41,880 nt of DNA, taken from the NCBI GenBank assembly GCA_040758235.1, contig JBFLVW010000077.1, forward strand, positions 1 through 41,880, in the 5' to 3' direction. Each line of letters opens with the position of its first letter. Positions within the stretch are counted from its first letter, which is position 1. Origin of the DNA: Candidatus Micrarchaeota archaeon. GTDB lineage: Archaea > Micrarchaeota > Micrarchaeia > Anstonellales > Bilamarchaeaceae. Shown here piece after piece: positions 40,050 through 41,880 of the stretch. Position numbers and translations under genes: made by a program. Below the pieces are notes generated by a model that was not told where the DNA came from, searched no databases, and saw only the letters and a program-made list of their open reading frames with translations.

Positions 40050-40798
40050 TTCACGGACGCCCCCTCCACCGCTGCGAGCACCGAGTCGCGCAGGGGGAAC
40101 AGTGACGCCTGCTCGAGGAATGCTATTCCCCCCCGCTCGTTTATCGCGGCGGTTTCCGCGGAAAGCGGGACGGAGCCGAGGAACCGGACGCCGAGCTTTC
40201 GGGCGGTCTCCTCGCCGCGCGAGCCGAAGACATCCCCGGACATGTTCTCGATGAGGCCGAGAATCATGACTCCCAGCTTCTTCGCCATGTTCGCGGCGCG
40301 GGCCGTGTCGAGTACGGCCTCCTTGGTCGGCGAGCATACGAGGATGAGGGCGTCGAGGGCCGAAAGCTGCATTGCCGAAAGCGGGACGTCGGCGGTCCCG
40401 GGGGGGAGGTCGATTACGAGGTAGTCCGGCGTTCCCCATTCCGCCGAGAGGAAGCTTGCGAGCATGTTGTGCTTTATCGGGCCCCGGATTATTATCGGGG
40501 ATTGGCCCGGGGGGCTGAGCAGGGCGGTGGACAGTATTTTCACTCCGCGGTGCTCGGCGGGATACAGCCTGGCCCCGCTTTTCGTGGCCATCGCCCTCAG
40601 GGAGAGGAATTCCGCGACGTTCGGGCAGTCGATGTCGGCATCCAGCAGCCCGACCGAGCGCCCGCGCGCCGCGAGGGAGTAGGCGATGTTCGCCGATATG
40701 AAAGTCTTGCCGACGCCGCCTTTCCCGCTGTGCACTCCCAGCTTGCATGTTTTCGAGAGGCCTGATGCGGCCCTGTCTCCTTCGAAGGGGTTTTCCAT
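40046..40798 (-). CDS. Mrp/NBP35 (ApbC) family P-loop ATPase, Fe-S cluster carrier-like
   Basis: Deviant Walker A GKGGVGKT, LLDADIDCPN, VIDLPPGT; 250 aa. Confidence 0.88.
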   Translation of the reverse strand: MENPFEGDRAASGLSKTCKLGVHSGKGGVGKTFISANIAYSLAARGRSVGLLDADIDCPNVAEFLSLRAMATKSGARLYPAEHRGVKILSTALLSPPGQSPIIIRGPIKHNMLASFLSAEWGTPDYLVIDLPPGTADVPLSAMQLSALDALILVCSPTKEAVLDTARAANMAKKLGVMILGLIENMSGDVFGSRGEETARKLGVRFLGSVPLSAETAAINERGGIAFLEQASLFPLRDSVLAAVEGASVK

Positions 40799-40822
40799 CC
40801 GCGATGAATCTGCCCCGCTATG

Positions 40823-40830
40823 TTTTTAAT
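40823..40830. promoter_or_regulatory. Shared TATA box for Mrp gene (minus) and sORF/TRAM transcript (plus)
   Basis: TTTTTAAT; centre 28.5 nt from ATG 40798 (minus) and 27.5 nt from ATG 40854 (plus). Confidence 0.5.
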
Positions 40831-40853
40831 GTTTGAATGGGTTAACTGGAACC

Positions 40854-40937
40854 ATGGAAGAAATTTTCAGGCCCAAAAGGACCGTGGAGATAGAAGGGAA
40901 CGTCGTCGCAAGGGGCGCTCTTCCCGCAGGCTCCTGA
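40854..40937 (+). CDS. Candidate leaderless 27-codon sORF (MEEIFRPKRTVEIEGNVVARGALPAGS) or 5' leader of the TRAM gene
   Basis: The ATG sits at the leaderless distance from the shared TATA box, and the TGA lies 13 nt before the TRAM ATG. GC3 is only about 63% (17/27), so coding is uncertain. Confidence 0.25.
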   Translation: MEEIFRPKRTVEIEGNVVARGALPAGS

Positions 40938-40950
40938 AGGGTGGGTTTGC

Positions 40951-41223
40951 ATGGACAAGAGGTTCGAGGCCCCGAAGCCCGTTTCAGTAGGCGACGTCCT
41001 GGAGCTCAGCATCATAAGCAAGGGCGGGCACGGGGACGGGATAGCGAAGATAGAGGAGTTCGTCGTTTTTGTCAAGGGCGCGGAGAAGGGCGAGCGCTGC
41101 AGGGTGAAGATAACCGACGTCAAGCGGACTTTCGCGGTCGGCGAGAAGGTCGGGAACGCGAAGGTTTCCGAGCAGGAGATGGACGACGAGACGGAAGGCT
41201 TCAGGGACGGGCCGGCCGGGTAA
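40951..41223 (+). CDS. TRAM-domain RNA-binding protein
   Basis: PVSVGDVLELSIISKGGHGDGIAKIEEFVVFVKGAEKGERCRVKITDVKRTFAVGEKV is the canonical stand-alone TRAM pattern; acidic C-terminal tail. Confidence 0.88.
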   Translation: MDKRFEAPKPVSVGDVLELSIISKGGHGDGIAKIEEFVVFVKGAEKGERCRVKITDVKRTFAVGEKVGNAKVSEQEMDDETEGFRDGPAG

Positions 41224-41261
41224 GCGGCTTCCAGCATCCGGTTTCCGGCATCGGGTTTTGT

Positions 41262-41880
41262 TCAGTGGATTACCCAGAAATTTACGAATGCCAGCAGTAT
41301 GACCAGCGCGACCAGCCCGAGGCCCACTTCCAGCGGGCTCAGCACGTCTTTCTTGAACTCCGCGCTCGGCCTGGAGGGGACCAGCTCCGCCGGCGAGCCG
41401 TTCTCCGCAGTGCTGTTGCCGTGGCTCAGCATCCTGCTTGTCAGGCTCTCCGAGTATGATGCGTTGCGCAGCGCCCCGTCCTCGACGAAAAGCGAGAAGT
41501 TGTTTTCCCCGAGGCCGGCGTAGCTAAAATTGAACTCGTAGATGAAGGCGAAGGAGTGGCTTTCGTTCTCGAGCGGCGCCGGCGTCGTGAGGTTCGTCGA
41601 TTCCGACCAGTCTCCCGCGCTCATGCTTTGCGGCAGCTTTTGCGAGACGATGCTGTAGAGGCCGAAGCTGTCATTGACCATGGAGAATTCCTTCATGGTG
41701 AAATTTTGGGGCGCCTCCTCGTTTCTTGTTATCCGGGCGCGGTAGATGGGGCATTGCGAGAGGACCACCGTGTCGAACCTGTTGTTCAGATACCATTGTT
41801 CACGCAAAACGGGGGAGCGCAGGAAGAACAGTTTTTGGTTTCCGCCGACGGTGAAGTTGCGCTCGACGGAGAATGGGACC
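41262..41880 (-). CDS. Cell-surface glycoprotein candidate with C-terminal TM anchor (5'-partial, runs off window)
   Basis: The frame is open to the window end (the TTG at 41807 in the ORF track is internal). Ten N-x-S/T sequons in about 205 aa; C-terminal VGLGLVALVILLAFVNFWVIH anchor. Confidence 0.6.
   Translation of the reverse strand, partial: VPFSVERNFTVGGNQKLFFLRSPVLREQWYLNNRFDTVVLSQCPIYRARITRNEEAPQNFTMKEFSMVNDSFGLYSIVSQKLPQSMSAGDWSESTNLTTPAPLENESHSFAFIYEFNFSYAGLGENNFSLFVEDGALRNASYSESLTSRMLSHGNSTAENGSPAELVPSRPSAEFKKDVLSPLEVGLGLVALVILLAFVNFWVIH

Noticed and set aside
39468-40748. 426-aa ORF suggesting a large fusion protein ending in the HAD domain
   Set aside because: Only the last 193 residues are HAD-like. 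The upstream part overlaps the Mrp/NBP35 gene in another frame, and ATG 40049 forms an ATGA overlap with the Mrp stop.
40854-41223. sORF and TRAM gene as a single mis-called or frameshifted gene
   Set aside because: The frames differ, and the TRAM frame is closed by a TAG at 40891-40893 with no start codon between that stop and ATG 40951. The TRAM protein is already full length for a stand-alone TRAM domain.
1-41880. Stop-codon recoding (pyrrolysine/selenocysteine), inteins, introns or frameshifted pseudogenes
   Set aside because: TAG, TAA and TGA all terminate well-supported genes at the expected lengths. No conserved gene shows an in-frame stop, a split frame or an intein-sized insertion, and the tRNA has no intron.

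Overview
Archaeal chromosomal segment of 41,880 bp, G+C roughly 60% by eye, almost entirely coding. I support 52 protein-coding genes (two run off the window edges), one candidate 27-codon sORF and one tRNA-Val(UAC). I see no rRNA, CRISPR array, transposase or integrase. Archaeal origin is indicated by proteasome alpha subunit, archaemetzincin, archaeal-type UMP kinase, archaeal D-aminoacyl-tRNA deacylase, translin, an A24 prepilin peptidase and a FlaI/PilB-type ATPase with a FlaJ/TadC-type platform; the lineage cannot be fixed from this window. Layout: (1) 1-18.2 kb is mostly housekeeping and proteostasis: M50 protease, SAM methyltransferase, AlkD-like, mscL, Hanks-type kinase, tRNA-Val, amzA, glnA, purF, phosphohexomutase, translin, a stomatin/HPS-like/pyrH/HD operon, psmA, htpX-lemA. 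(2) 18.3-33.3 kb is a cell-surface glycan island: processive GT2 synthase, CxxC thioredoxin-like protein, A24 peptidase, Wzx-type flippase, 3 SDR enzymes, 2 GT4, 1 GT2, rmlD-rmlC, rfbF-UXS-ugd. (3) 33.3-38.7 kb holds two orphan proteins, a minimal type IV pilus-like ATPase/platform pair and a PAP2 plus polyprenol-kinase-like pair. (4) 38.7-41.9 kb holds dtdA, a HAD hydrolase, Mrp/NBP35, a TRAM protein and a sequon-rich surface protein. Many ORF-track starts are over-extended, because high G+C produces long spurious and alternative-frame ORFs. I reset them using homology-consistent N-termini, ATGA/GTGA coupling and a very regular A/T box about 26 nt upstream of start codons. Main second-look items: near-universal leaderless promoter geometry, including four divergent gene pairs that share one central TATA box; stop-codon sharing at 7 of 9 convergent junctions; a probable AUU start for mscL; a roughly 30-residue Pro/Gly-rich insertion in PurF; a leaderless sORF upstream of the TRAM gene; and the composition of the envelope locus, which has peptidase, motor and platform but no pilin gene, RmlC/D without RmlA/B, and RfbF coupled to UDP-sugar enzymes. 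I did not find a clear new defence, mobile or RNA-based system. The most system-like candidate is the 20-kb envelope super-locus, and that reading is inference. All family calls come from motif recognition by eye; no searches were run.
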